This document shows positions 10,813 through 20,930 of a stretch of DNA of 64,000 bases, piece after piece (position 1 is the first letter of the stretch; each line of letters starts with the position of its first letter). The stretch is from Candidatus Latescibacterota bacterium (GTDB taxonomy: Bacteria > Latescibacterota > UBA2968): the NCBI GenBank assembly GCA_965116885.1, contig OZ220741.1, positions 5,024,001-5,088,000 on the forward strand, given 5' to 3'. The position numbers and the translations under genes were made by a program. Below the pieces are notes generated by a model. It saw nothing but the letters and a program-made list of their open reading frames with translations. It was not told the origin of the DNA and made no database searches.

Positions 10813-11357
10813 TTCTCACCCCTCAGTTTATTGCGAAACGACTTGCGAAACTTTTGCACCTTGGGATTGATAACAAAGATGCAATACGGTTGATACGGAT
10901 TCTCCACAAAATAATTCTGATGATACGCTTCCCCCTCGTAAAATATTGGAAGCGGCGCAATCTCCGTCACAATCGGATCGGGCCACAAATCCGATGCCTC
11001 TGTCTCTGCCATTGACTGCTCGGCAATTTCTTTCTGCTGTTCATCGTGATAATAGATCACCGACCGATACTGCGTACCCACGTCATTCCCCTGGCGATTC
11101 AAAGTCGTCGGGTCATGCGTGCGCCAGAAAATGAACAGGATCTCCTCAAATGAAATCACAGTCGGATCAAACACAATCTGCACCACCTCTGCGTGCCCTG
11201 TAGTGCCTGAACACACCTCCTCGTATGTCGGATTCTCCACCGTTCCCCCCGCGTATCCCGACACGACTTTATGCACGCCAATCACATCCTGATAAATCGC
11301 CTCCACGCACCAGAAACACCCGCCTCCAAGCGTCGCGGTCTCCATTGTCCTGGACAT
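10809..11357 (-). CDS. msrA: Peptide-methionine (S)-S-oxide reductase
   Basis: GGGCFWC, SGYAGG, PTYEEVC, GHAE, NRQGNDVGTQYRS, YHQNY. Confidence 0.97.
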   Translation of the reverse strand: MSRTMETATLGGGCFWCVEAIYQDVIGVHKVVSGYAGGTVENPTYEEVCSGTTGHAEVVQIVFDPTVISFEEILFIFWRTHDPTTLNRQGNDVGTQYRSVIYYHDEQQKEIAEQSMAETEASDLWPDPIVTEIAPLPIFYEGEAYHQNYFVENPYQPYCIFVINPKVQKFRKSFRNKLRGEK

Positions 11358-11406
11358 ATCGATACTCCTTATTTAGGTGCTTATGTCTTGCACTGCCCGA
11401 TGTTCT

Positions 11407-12504
11407 TCAGAAAACCTGTGAAAAGGTGATGTAGATCGCCCTGCGACCACCCGAGATGCCGTAGTCGGCCCGCACGATCGTGCTCTGCCAGTGACAACGC
11501 AGACCCATGCCGATACCACCGCGCCATCCGTCGCGCGTCGGCAGCGCGTCGCGGGCAAAGATCTGCCCCATGTCGCCGAAGGCCACCAGCCCCAGATACA
11601 GGTGCTGCCGGTGCCATACCGGCATCCCGCGCCAGCGCAACTCGCCGTTGAACACAATCCGCGCCTCGCCCCGGTCCCTGGCATGGGCTATGCCGCGGAC
11701 CGTGCTGCCGCCTCCCAGTTCCAGTTCTTCGTAGAAGGGCAAGTCCCCGATGGTCCAGTTGACGCGCAGGCGATTGGCGACCACCAGTCCGCGCCCCAAG
11801 GTGTGGAAGTGTCGGTGGTCGAAACCGAGCGTCACCCCCTGGTAATCTCCACCGCCGCCAACCCCAAAGTCCACCAGCAACTCCTCCAGCACGCCCGAGG
11901 TCGCATTGTTGTAATTGTCGCGGGTGTCGTAGCGCAACGAACCGACAAACTGCGCGAACGCGCCCCCGTCCGCGCCGAGAGGGTCGAGCGTGGAGAGGAC
12001 GCCATCGGCGGCATTCGGCTCAATATCGCAGTGGCTTAAACGCCCCCCGAGACGCAGGTGCCAAGGGATGCGCAGGGTGCGGATCCACTTGACCTTGAAC
12101 TCCGGAAAAGCTTGTCGGAACGTCCTCTGTTCCCGCGAATATCCGGCGATATCCTCGTCGCTGAGGCCACCGTAGTAATTGGCGAATTCCTCCTTCTCGT
12201 AAACCAGTTCGGCCTCGAGCCGCTGCTTGGCCCGAAATTCAGGCGTATCCACGAGCAAGCGGTGTACCCACTTGCCCTTGGTTGAAATAAATACCTGGGC
12301 ACTGTATTTGCGGCGATAGGGTACGCTCTGACCGTCGTATTCGAAGAGATTGACCCGCAGCCCGTATCCCATGCCATCGTCCGAGTTGAAATTCAGCAGC
12401 GGTACCGCGGTCGGTCGCCAGCCGACTGTCTCGTAGACCTGTTGTGCCTCACTCGGACAAGCCCACGCGAGCACCAGGGCCACCACAATGTTTCGATTCA
12501 GCAT
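11407..12504 (-). CDS. Omp85/BamA-TamA family outer-membrane barrel without POTRA domains
   Basis: Signal peptide; YDTRDN, LGGGSTVRG (VRGF-like), GELRW, terminal QVF. Start adjusted to MLNRN. Confidence 0.8.
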   Translation of the reverse strand: MLNRNIVVALVLAWACPSEAQQVYETVGWRPTAVPLLNFNSDDGMGYGLRVNLFEYDGQSVPYRRKYSAQVFISTKGKWVHRLLVDTPEFRAKQRLEAELVYEKEEFANYYGGLSDEDIAGYSREQRTFRQAFPEFKVKWIRTLRIPWHLRLGGRLSHCDIEPNAADGVLSTLDPLGADGGAFAQFVGSLRYDTRDNYNNATSGVLEELLVDFGVGGGGDYQGVTLGFDHRHFHTLGRGLVVANRLRVNWTIGDLPFYEELELGGGSTVRGIAHARDRGEARIVFNGELRWRGMPVWHRQHLYLGLVAFGDMGQIFARDALPTRDGWRGGIGMGLRCHWQSTIVRADYGISGGRRAIYITFSQVF

Positions 12505-12555
12505 AGGCCGATCCTCACGTTTGATGAACTGCAAATGCTGAAAACTGCGTCACTA

Positions 12556-12584
12556 TTTTTACTTCCTTATCCACCGTTTGTCAA
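12556..12584 (-). promoter_or_regulatory. Putative sigma70 promoter for the Omp85-msrA-oxidoreductase unit
   Basis: Minus strand TTGACA-17 bp-TAAAAA. Confidence 0.45.
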
Positions 12585-12707
12585 GGCGAAATCGGAATCC
12601 CGCCGCACAACAGATGGCGATTTTCTATTTGACACACGCGCGCTATCCTATCAAATTAAACCCTTGTTTTAGACCGCTACTTTTCCCCAACCTTAAAGGA
12701 GATTTAC

Positions 12708-13532
12708 ATGCCCCAACGGGAATTCAACCTCAAATACGCCCCGCATTACGGCCATTTCTCAAACAGTGCGGGCGATGACTATCTCGATCAACTCAAATAC
12801 GCCGCGGATCAGGGCTTTACAGCCTGGGAAGACAATGGCATGCCCAAACGCGACATCGGAATGCAAGAAAAAATCGCCGCAGAAATGACCCGATTAAACC
12901 TCGAAATGGGTGTTTTTGTCGCCACGGGATCTTTTTCAGATGTCACATTTGCCGGCGACGATGAAGATGCAAAACAGGCCGTCTTAAAAGATATCAAAGC
13001 CGCCATTGAAGTTGCCAAGCGCGTAAATGCAAAATGGTGTACGGTCGTGCCCGGGCTTTACGACTTAAAACTCGCGTGGGATTATCAAACAGCCAATGTG
13101 ATCGAACTGCTCAAACGGTGCTGCGACATTCTCGAAGAATCGGGTCTGGTAATGGTGTTGGAACCGCTCAACCGCTTGACAAACCATCCCCGCGTTTATC
13201 TGGCTGGCTCGCCGCAAGCATATCTGGTCTGCCAGGCCGTCAACCACCCGTGTTGCAAAATCCTCTTTGACATCTACCACCAGCAAATCACCGAAGGCAA
13301 TCTCATTCCCAATATCGACCGTTGCTGGTCTGAAATCGGCGTTTTTCAAGTGGGAGACAACCCCGGTCGCAAAGAACCCACCACTGGCGAAATCAACTAC
13401 AAAAGTATCTTCAAACATCTACATGAAAAAGGCTGTACAAGCATCGTCGGCATGGAACACGGCATCAGCCTGCCCGGCAAAGAAGGCGAAGACCGCCTGA
13501 TCCAGGCTTATGTCGAATCGGATGATTTTTAG
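12708..13532 (+). CDS. Hydroxypyruvate isomerase / xylose-isomerase-like TIM-barrel protein
   Basis: VLEPLN, KILFDIYHQQITEG, DNPGRKEPTTGEINY, GMEH. Confidence 0.88.
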   Translation: MPQREFNLKYAPHYGHFSNSAGDDYLDQLKYAADQGFTAWEDNGMPKRDIGMQEKIAAEMTRLNLEMGVFVATGSFSDVTFAGDDEDAKQAVLKDIKAAIEVAKRVNAKWCTVVPGLYDLKLAWDYQTANVIELLKRCCDILEESGLVMVLEPLNRLTNHPRVYLAGSPQAYLVCQAVNHPCCKILFDIYHQQITEGNLIPNIDRCWSEIGVFQVGDNPGRKEPTTGEINYKSIFKHLHEKGCTSIVGMEHGISLPGKEGEDRLIQAYVESDDF

Positions 13533-13628
13533 ATCCGCAGATAGACGCAGATGAAAGGCGAGGAACCGGTGGAGTGGCCCTCTTACGTCTTGCGTCGCAC
13601 CTTTCACGCCTTTTAAGGAGCCTATCTC

Positions 13629-14627
13629 ATGAAAGCAATTCTCGTCGGCCTCGGTGGTCGTGCGCGTCACTGGCAGGCCGCGTGCGAAGCACATCCCGAA
13701 GTCGAATTGGTCGCCTATGTCGAACCCTCAGAAGAAAATAAAAAACGCGCGATAGAAGAACGCGGCGTCCCTGCGAATCTCATCTACGACGACCTCAGCG
13801 ATGCCGCCTCAGTAGAAGCTGACTTTGTCGTTGACGTCACCCCACCCGCAGTTCACGAAATCATCGCGATGAAAGCCTTTGATGCGGGCCTCAATCTATT
13901 GGGCGAAAAACCCCTGAGCGATGACTTCGAAGCCGCCAAACGCATCGTTGAAGCGGGTAAAAAAGCGGGTGTCAAACACATGATCACACAGAACTATCGC
14001 TTTAATGAACTGCCCCGCACCACGCGGCGCCTGCTCGAAGCCAGACATATTGGCGATGTGGCGCAACTCGACGTATCTCTCTATGTCGATTGGGCAGACA
14101 ACCCGGGCAGTCACTATGTGACAGAACCCTATATGTTCCTCACCGACATGGGCATCCACCACTTTGACATGATGCGCTATACCCTCAATGCCGACCCCGT
14201 CAGCGCACACGCCATCACCTGGAATTTGCCCTGGGGCTGGCATCGGGGCGACGCCTGTCAGATTATCGTCTTCAAATTTGAAAACGGCATTGTCGCCACA
14301 CATCGCGGTATTGGCTGTACAATGGGACATGTACCTGCGGGACACAATGGCGAATGGCGCTACGAAGGACCAAAAGGCACGTTGACGTGGGAGGGCTTTG
14401 ACCTCTTTTACACGCTCAAGCACAAACAAAATCCACAAATCCGCGAGCAAATCGAACTCGATGAAACCGACGGACCAAATCCAGTGCTCAACGAATTTGT
14501 CCGCGCCCTTCGCGAAGACCGCCAACCCGAATGCAATGCCGAAGACAACCTGAAATCCATGTCCATGGTCTTCGGAGCCGTCACAAGTGCGAAAGAAGGA
14601 CGCGAGGTACAATTATCAGAACTATAA
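13629..14627 (+). CDS. Gfo/Idh/MocA family oxidoreductase
   Basis: ILVGLGG, GEKPL, QNYRF, DMGIHHFD. Confidence 0.9.
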   Translation: MKAILVGLGGRARHWQAACEAHPEVELVAYVEPSEENKKRAIEERGVPANLIYDDLSDAASVEADFVVDVTPPAVHEIIAMKAFDAGLNLLGEKPLSDDFEAAKRIVEAGKKAGVKHMITQNYRFNELPRTTRRLLEARHIGDVAQLDVSLYVDWADNPGSHYVTEPYMFLTDMGIHHFDMMRYTLNADPVSAHAITWNLPWGWHRGDACQIIVFKFENGIVATHRGIGCTMGHVPAGHNGEWRYEGPKGTLTWEGFDLFYTLKHKQNPQIREQIELDETDGPNPVLNEFVRALREDRQPECNAEDNLKSMSMVFGAVTSAKEGREVQLSEL

Positions 14628-14639
14628 AAAGGAGAACCC

Positions 14640-15947
14640 ATGGTAGATTTACAGGGTGACACGAATTGGTTTACGCATGATCGATTTGGATTATTCATCC
14701 ACTGGGGATTATACGCATTGCCCGCACGGCACGAGTGGGTAAAGCAGCGAGAAGAAATATCCGACGCGCAATACGATCGGTATTTGAAATACTTTGATCC
14801 GGATTTGTACGATCCCGAAGCCTGGGCAGATGCGGCGGCCAATGCGGGCATGAAGTATTTTTGTGTCACCACCAAACACCACGAAGGCTTCGCGCTGTGG
14901 GACTCCAAACTGACGGAATACAAAGCGACCAATACACCCGCGCGCAGAGATTTGTTAAAACCCATGGTAGAAGCGTTTCGCTCACGGGGTATGAAGATCG
15001 GCTTTTACCATTCCCTGATCGACTGGCACCACCCGCATTTCAGAATTGACGCCATTCACAGCATGCGGAACCATCCCGATAAGGACAAACTGAACGAACC
15101 CCGCGACCAGGCCCAATACGCGGCGTATTTGCGCGGTCAAGTCCGCGAATTGCTCACCGAATACGGCAAAGTGGATATGCTATTTTACGATTTCAGCTAT
15201 CCGGCTGGCGCAAGGGGCAGGCCCGAAGGTTTTGACGGCAAAGGGCGAGATGATTGGAACAGCATTCAACTGATGAAAATGACGCGCGAGTTGCAGCCGG
15301 GTATTGTGATTAACGACCGACTGGACCTTGACGACGTGGAAGGCGGATGGGATTATCGCACACCCGAACAATTTATGCCGCGCGAGTGGGTCACCTATCA
15401 GGGCGAGCGCGTATTGTGGGAGACCTGCCAGACATTTTCGGGATCGTGGGGCTATCACCGCGATGAAACGAGTTGGAAAAGCATCGAGCAACTGGTGCAA
15501 ATGCTCGTCGGTGTGGTAAGCCGCGGGGGCAATTTATTGCTCAATGTCGGACCCACCGGACGCGGGGTATTTGACGATCGGGCATTGAAATGTCTGAGCG
15601 AAATGGGCGAATGGATGAAATGGCACAGCCGATCCATTTACGGGTGTACTGCCGCGCCAGAGGAATTTCAAACGCCAGAGGATTGCCGCTTGACCTACAA
15701 TCCCGAGACCAATCGGATGTACGTACACCTGTTCACCTATCCGTTCCGCCATCTGCATCTCGACGGATTTGCCGGCAAGGTAGAATACGCCCAGTTATTA
15801 AACGATGCTTCAGAAGTGCGATTTCATCAGCCCCGTGCTGGACACACGGGAGACAGCAGTATCGAAAGAGAAACCCTCACACTGGAATTACCCGTGCAAA
15901 AACCCAATGTAACAGTACCTGTGGTCGAGTTATTTCTGAAGGAGTGA
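14640..15947 (+). CDS. Alpha-L-fucosidase (GH29), no signal peptide
   Basis: RFGLFIHWG, TTKHHEGF, YHSLIDW, INDR, TPEQ, WETC, GNLLLNVGP. Confidence 0.95.
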   Translation: MVDLQGDTNWFTHDRFGLFIHWGLYALPARHEWVKQREEISDAQYDRYLKYFDPDLYDPEAWADAAANAGMKYFCVTTKHHEGFALWDSKLTEYKATNTPARRDLLKPMVEAFRSRGMKIGFYHSLIDWHHPHFRIDAIHSMRNHPDKDKLNEPRDQAQYAAYLRGQVRELLTEYGKVDMLFYDFSYPAGARGRPEGFDGKGRDDWNSIQLMKMTRELQPGIVINDRLDLDDVEGGWDYRTPEQFMPREWVTYQGERVLWETCQTFSGSWGYHRDETSWKSIEQLVQMLVGVVSRGGNLLLNVGPTGRGVFDDRALKCLSEMGEWMKWHSRSIYGCTAAPEEFQTPEDCRLTYNPETNRMYVHLFTYPFRHLHLDGFAGKVEYAQLLNDASEVRFHQPRAGHTGDSSIERETLTLELPVQKPNVTVPVVELFLKE

Positions 15948-15951
15948 AAAA

Positions 15952-16659
15952 ATGACAATGACTGAAACAGACCTCCGCAAACTCAGTGCCGACGAGGTGG
16001 CGATCTATCGCGAACAGGGCTATGTGATTGTGCCAGACGTTTTTCCGCTGGAGGAACTCGCGGAAATCGACCGCGAGATCGATCGACTTCAGGAAACACA
16101 AAAAAAAACGGGGCGCAACAAGGGATGGATCATGCAGTTGGGATTGCGCTCAGAAGTGACCCGCCAATTTGTACAGGATGAGCGGGTATTGACGCTGATC
16201 GAAGACATTGTAAAACCCGGCATTTCGATTTATTCGGCAAAGTTGACGGCAAAAGTGCCGCATTCCAACGACATCTGCCACTGGCACCAGGACGACGCGT
16301 ATTACAATACACGCGTCCTGAGCAAAACGCGCATGTCCACCTGGATACCGCTACAGGATGCAGATGAGACAAATGGGTGTTTGTGGGTCGTGCCACAAAG
16401 CCATAAGGGCGGCGTGGTCACGCATGGGCCATTTGGCGGACAATGCCCAAAGTGTATGGGGCCAGCCGATCTCATGTTCGACGATGCGATCCCCTGTCCT
16501 GTAAAAGCCGGGGATATCCTTTTATTCCACGCCTGTTTGTGGCATCATTCCAAAGGCAACCAGACAGACCACGTGCGGCGGGCGTTTATTGTCTCGTATC
16601 AAGAAGCCACTGTGCCCCGTGGCAATGCCGATCAGTATAAAATTCTGAGGTCCGCTTAG
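15952..16659 (+). CDS. Phytanoyl-CoA dioxygenase (PhyH) family 2OG-Fe(II) enzyme
   Basis: WHQD, WIPLQDADETNGCLWVVPQSH, AGDILLFH..WHHS.GN..RRA. Confidence 0.92.
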   Translation: MTMTETDLRKLSADEVAIYREQGYVIVPDVFPLEELAEIDREIDRLQETQKKTGRNKGWIMQLGLRSEVTRQFVQDERVLTLIEDIVKPGISIYSAKLTAKVPHSNDICHWHQDDAYYNTRVLSKTRMSTWIPLQDADETNGCLWVVPQSHKGGVVTHGPFGGQCPKCMGPADLMFDDAIPCPVKAGDILLFHACLWHHSKGNQTDHVRRAFIVSYQEATVPRGNADQYKILRSA

Positions 16660-16675
16660 AAAGACGTGCCGAGTA

Positions 16676-19600
16676 ATGACCCGCCTTCACACCCCCATCC
16701 GCGTATTATCCTTCCTATTCTTGTGCGCTACCCTATTGCACGCACCCACCTGGGCGCAATCTCAGGCAACCACCGGCGTTATCCGCGGCTTTGTGTGGGA
16801 TCAGTTCGGCAACCCCATTGGCAATGCCACCATCGCCCTCAAAGAAACCAGCACCAATTATCAGCGCACCCTCACATCATCCGATCTGGGGATATTCACC
16901 GCAACCCTGTTGCCCCTGGGTTTTTACGACATCACAGTACAGGCAGCGGGACAGGCAGAAGTGCGTCAAACAGGAGTGCAAGTGCGGGTTGGCGAGACAG
17001 TGGAACTCGTCTTCAAAATGGCATTGCAAATGGACGAAGTCCTCATTGAAGCCACGAGACCCGCCGTTGACATCACCCAGAGCGAAACAGCCACGCGCCT
17101 GCCCGAAGCAGCCGTGCAGGACCTGCCCAACAACGGACGCAATTTCCTCAACCTCACACTGTTGACCCCGGGCGTGAGCATCGTGCAAGGACCTGACGGC
17201 GATGAATTGACCATTGCCGGGCAGCGCGGCATACACAACAACATCTCGGTAGATGGCGCAGATTTCAACAACCCCTTCTTTGGCGAACAGCGCGGCGGAC
17301 AGCGCCCCGCCTTCACCTTTAATTTAAACGCAGTAGCCGAAATGGTGGTCATACCCCAGGGCGCCAATGCCGAATTTGGACGCTCCAGCGGGGGCTTTGT
17401 CAATGTCATCACCAAATCGGGCACCAATCAATTCCACGGCTCCGTGCATTTTTTTGGCAAACACGACGCCCTGTCCAGCACAGCAAGGCACAATGGGATA
17501 GAACGCACACCCAATTTCAAACAGGGGCAATTCGGCTTTACCCTGGGCGGTCCGCTAAAAAAGGACAAAGCATTTTTCTTTGCTGCCTACGACCAGCAGA
17601 TTTTCAGAGATACCAGACAGAACAATATTGAGCGCGGGGATGCCCGCCTGCGCCACTTCATGGCCTCCGCGTTCAACCTATCCGACGACTACGGCGCCAT
17701 TGACCGCACCAACGATGCCCACGCGTTTCTCCTCAAAGTCGATTACCACCTGTCGGAGGAACACTCCGCCACCTTCAAATACAATTACACCTGGTCCGAA
17801 CAGGAAAACGGCACCTTTGATGTTGACTCCTGGGCGCGCAGCGCCAATGCGATTGAAAGAGACTGGTCACACGCCTTTAACGGCAGTCTGATATCGCTTC
17901 TATCCCCCAGCACGATCAACGAATTCCGCTTCCAAATCGCCCGAGAAGACCGTCCCCGTCCCTACGGTGGACCGCAAAATTCCAATACCGGACGGCCCTT
18001 TCCCGATACGGGCATGGACTTTGTACACGGCTATCGCTTTGGCATGCCCTTCTTCATCCCCATCGAATACTACGACAGCCGCATCCAGTTGCTCAACAAT
18101 ATTTCCATAAGCAAGGACAATCATCTGATCAAAGCCGGGATCGAGTGGAACCGCGTCGAATCCGTCCAAACCTTTATCGGTTTTGCCAACGGGCGCTACA
18201 TCTTCAATTCTGTAGATGGCTTTCTCAACTTCGTCCAGCAGGGCAACAGTTATGTTGAATGCTCAGACGGCAGCACCAGCACCACCGGGACCTGTCCCGA
18301 AGGAACGGAAATCACCGGACCTGTCCTCATCTACTTGCAGCAGTCCGGCGTCGGCGGCCTGAGCGTGGAAGAAGCGGGCACACAGAAGATCCCTCAGCAC
18401 GAACTGGCTCTGTTTGTGCAGGACAGTTGGCAGCCCTCAAACAAACTCACACTCAACTACGGCTTGCGCTGGGAGGCGCAGATCCAGCCCGATGTAATCA
18501 CCGATCCAGACGAGGTCTTCTTCGCCGATTTCATTGGCAAAACTGTCACCAACCAGACGGGCACATACACATTCCCATCCAACGGCAAAATCCCCTCTGC
18601 CTGGGATATGTTCCAGCCGCGGTTGGGCATAGCTTACGATGTACACGGAGATAATAAGACCCTGTTGCGAGGCAGCGCGGGGATCTACTACGCCCGCATC
18701 CCGGGCTTGAACCTGGCGGGCACCCGCTCGACCAATGGCTCGCGCGGACAATCCATCTTCCGCTCCAGCGCACTGACGCCCATTTTGGGTCCGCCTCCGA
18801 CCTACGGCGAGTTATTGCCCTCACCCACTGGCGATCCCTTCCGCCCCAATATCTTTGTCTTCGACAAAAATTTTAAAAACCCCCGCACCATCAGCACGCA
18901 TGTGGGCCTCGAACGCGAATTGCATGCAAAGGGGGTAGTCGGTACCTTCGGCTATACATACTCCCGCACCGGCAATCTCACGCGCTTTATCAACCGCAAC
19001 GACGCAGTCTTCGGTTCTCCCTGGTCAACGGGTTTAGGTCCCGATAGCAGCAACGGCGTCGGCGACTTGGCCGTGGTCGAGAGCACAGCCAAATCGCGCT
19101 ATCACGGCCTCAGCTTTGGGCTGCGCCAGATGGTACAAGACAAATTCCAGTTCCAGATGAACTATACCCTGTCCTGGGACAAATCCGACGACGACAACGA
19201 GCGCGATCCCTTCACCTTCCGCTACGTCGATGCAACGCAATTGGACCGCGAATGGGGCTATTCAGACCGCGACCAGCGCCACCGCTTCAATCTGTGGACC
19301 CTATCCAGATTGCCCGGCGATATATTCCTCAACAATCGCGTAAGCTACTATTCGGCGCAACCCACCTCCGCATCCTGCACGGACCAGCCCACGACCAACC
19401 CCTGGGGCGCTACCTCTGACCGTATATGCGCCGACGGCAGCATTATCCAGCGCAACACCCTCCGCAAAGACAATGCATTCTTCTCCTGGGACACGCGTCT
19501 GTCCCGCCCCATCCCATTGGGCAACGGTCATCTGGAAGCCATCGTCGAAATCTTCAACCTGCTCAACACAGACAACTTCCGCGATCCTTCCACCGCGGGC

Positions 19601-19684
19601 CTGCTCTTCAACTTTGACGGCACCGTACAATCTGGCCTCGGCGCCCCACGCGAAGTGCAAATCGGCATGCGATACGTTTTTTGA
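16676..19684 (+). CDS. TonB-dependent receptor (Oar-like, carboxypeptidase-regulatory N-domain)
   Basis: Signal peptide; LPNNGRNFLNL, AEFGRSSGG.VNVITKSGTN, LTLNYGLRWE, QPRLG, PREVQIGMRYVF. Confidence 0.92.
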   Translation: MTRLHTPIRVLSFLFLCATLLHAPTWAQSQATTGVIRGFVWDQFGNPIGNATIALKETSTNYQRTLTSSDLGIFTATLLPLGFYDITVQAAGQAEVRQTGVQVRVGETVELVFKMALQMDEVLIEATRPAVDITQSETATRLPEAAVQDLPNNGRNFLNLTLLTPGVSIVQGPDGDELTIAGQRGIHNNISVDGADFNNPFFGEQRGGQRPAFTFNLNAVAEMVVIPQGANAEFGRSSGGFVNVITKSGTNQFHGSVHFFGKHDALSSTARHNGIERTPNFKQGQFGFTLGGPLKKDKAFFFAAYDQQIFRDTRQNNIERGDARLRHFMASAFNLSDDYGAIDRTNDAHAFLLKVDYHLSEEHSATFKYNYTWSEQENGTFDVDSWARSANAIERDWSHAFNGSLISLLSPSTINEFRFQIAREDRPRPYGGPQNSNTGRPFPDTGMDFVHGYRFGMPFFIPIEYYDSRIQLLNNISISKDNHLIKAGIEWNRVESVQTFIGFANGRYIFNSVDGFLNFVQQGNSYVECSDGSTSTTGTCPEGTEITGPVLIYLQQSGVGGLSVEEAGTQKIPQHELALFVQDSWQPSNKLTLNYGLRWEAQIQPDVITDPDEVFFADFIGKTVTNQTGTYTFPSNGKIPSAWDMFQPRLGIAYDVHGDNKTLLRGSAGIYYARIPGLNLAGTRSTNGSRGQSIFRSSALTPILGPPPTYGELLPSPTGDPFRPNIFVFDKNFKNPRTISTHVGLERELHAKGVVGTFGYTYSRTGNLTRFINRNDAVFGSPWSTGLGPDSSNGVGDLAVVESTAKSRYHGLSFGLRQMVQDKFQFQMNYTLSWDKSDDDNERDPFTFRYVDATQLDREWGYSDRDQRHRFNLWTLSRLPGDIFLNNRVSYYSAQPTSASCTDQPTTNPWGATSDRICADGSIIQRNTLRKDNAFFSWDTRLSRPIPLGNGHLEAIVEIFNLLNTDNFRDPSTAGLLFNFDGTVQSGLGAPREVQIGMRYVF

Positions 19685-19703
19685 TTGCAGTGAGAGATAA
19701 AAA

Positions 19704-20318
19704 ATGAGTGAATTTCAGTCAAGTTATCGCGAACCGGAGCCGCTTAAGCCTGAAACCCTCTTTGCCCAAAAGGGCCAGCCGACCTCCTTTTCGGTACTGG
19801 ACTTCTGGGTCTGGATGGCTTCCGACGTATTGAACAACACCCTGCGTGGCATGGTCGCGGAGTACATCGTAAGTCAAGCCATGGAGGCATGTACACCGGT
19901 CAGGGTCGAGTGGGATACTGTCGATATAACGACGCCCGAGGGGCTTAAAATTGAAGTCAAGTCATCCGCATATCTCCAGTCCTGGCATCAGAATCGACCA
20001 TCTGCAATTTCATTCGGTATCGCAAAGACATATCCCTGGGATTGGAAAACAAACCAGTACGGAGAAACGCAAATTCGCAGCGCAGATGTATATGTATTTT
20101 GCGTTCTCGCTCATTTGGACGGCCAGACCGTCAATCCTCTTGAGTTGACTCAGTGGGAATTTTATATTTTACCAACGAGCACGCTTGATTCCTCTCTCGG
20201 AAACCAGAAGACAGTATCGCTCTCGCGGCTAAAAGATCTGGGAGCCGTAGCACTGGGTTATGACCAGATCCGCAACGCTGTCCTGAAGGCGTGCAATGAT
20301 GGACAGAAAAAGATATAA
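19704..20318 (+). CDS. PD-(D/E)XK restriction-endonuclease-like protein
   Basis: RGMVAEY...WDTVD...KIEVKSSAY motif arrangement. Confidence 0.6.
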   Translation: MSEFQSSYREPEPLKPETLFAQKGQPTSFSVLDFWVWMASDVLNNTLRGMVAEYIVSQAMEACTPVRVEWDTVDITTPEGLKIEVKSSAYLQSWHQNRPSAISFGIAKTYPWDWKTNQYGETQIRSADVYVFCVLAHLDGQTVNPLELTQWEFYILPTSTLDSSLGNQKTVSLSRLKDLGAVALGYDQIRNAVLKACNDGQKKI

Positions 20319-20327
20319 CAACAAAAA

Positions 20328-20358
20328 AAGCCTGATGACCAAGTAGGTCCTCAGGCTT
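20328..20358. terminator. Intrinsic terminator between convergent genes
   Basis: AAGCCTGA.GACC-loop-GGTC.TCAGGCTT hairpin preceded by an A-run. Confidence 0.55.
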
Positions 20359-20382
20359 AATATTTTGGGGGTCATCTATCAG

Positions 20383-20610
20383 CTATATCTTTGTCAATTC
20401 GGGAATGTGCTCTTCCTCATATTTCTCAATCAGCACACCAATGACTTCCATCATTGAGGCGAGGGGGTGATCTTCATTCTCGCCTATCACATCAATCAAA
20501 TCGTCCAGTATAGCCACAAGCCGTTGATATTCGCTCTCATCATGGGGAACGAACACAACAGGAGTTAGCACGGGCCATACATCCTGAGCTGTTCGTATTT
20601 CCGATACCAT
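20383..20610 (-). CDS. HigA-type antitoxin N-terminal domain only (no HTH)
   Basis: PHDESEYQRLVAILDDLID...HPLASMMEVIGVLIEKYEEEH resembles HigA N-termini; 75 aa. Confidence 0.65.
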   Translation of the reverse strand: MVSEIRTAQDVWPVLTPVVFVPHDESEYQRLVAILDDLIDVIGENEDHPLASMMEVIGVLIEKYEEEHIPELTKI

Positions 20611-20613
20611 AAT

Positions 20614-20665
20614 CTACTCTTTCCCTTTATCGAAACTCGTCATGCGTCAAAACCGCACGAATGTA
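20614..20665 (-). pseudogene. Relic of higB toxin 3' end
   Basis: YIRAVLTHDEF, then after a 1-nt shift DKGKE*, immediately upstream of the HigA-like gene; no upstream HigB sequence. Confidence 0.55.
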
Positions 20666-20930
20666 ATTTTCTGTCGGTTGTAATGTATTGCTGCGATGTC
20701 CACATTGCAGGGATTCACTTTGAAACTCGACGATATATTTTAAGTGCTCATTGGAATCAAATACCTTGACAAAAGTTAAAAATCGGCTATTTCTTAGTTG
20801 GAAGTAATCAATCACTTGAGCCAAAAATATGAGCCATTTTGCGAGTATCAAACAGAAGCGATTGAGTATGCGGCCAGCCCCGCGAACAACGCATCATCAG
20901 AGAGGCGGACAACTCCGAAGGTGATAACCA

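Noticed and set aside
13533..13620. Possible riboswitch/ncRNA (TGAAAGGCGA...TCGCACCTTTCA stem)
   Set aside because: Imperfect stem only, no known riboswitch consensus recognised; would need an Rfam search.
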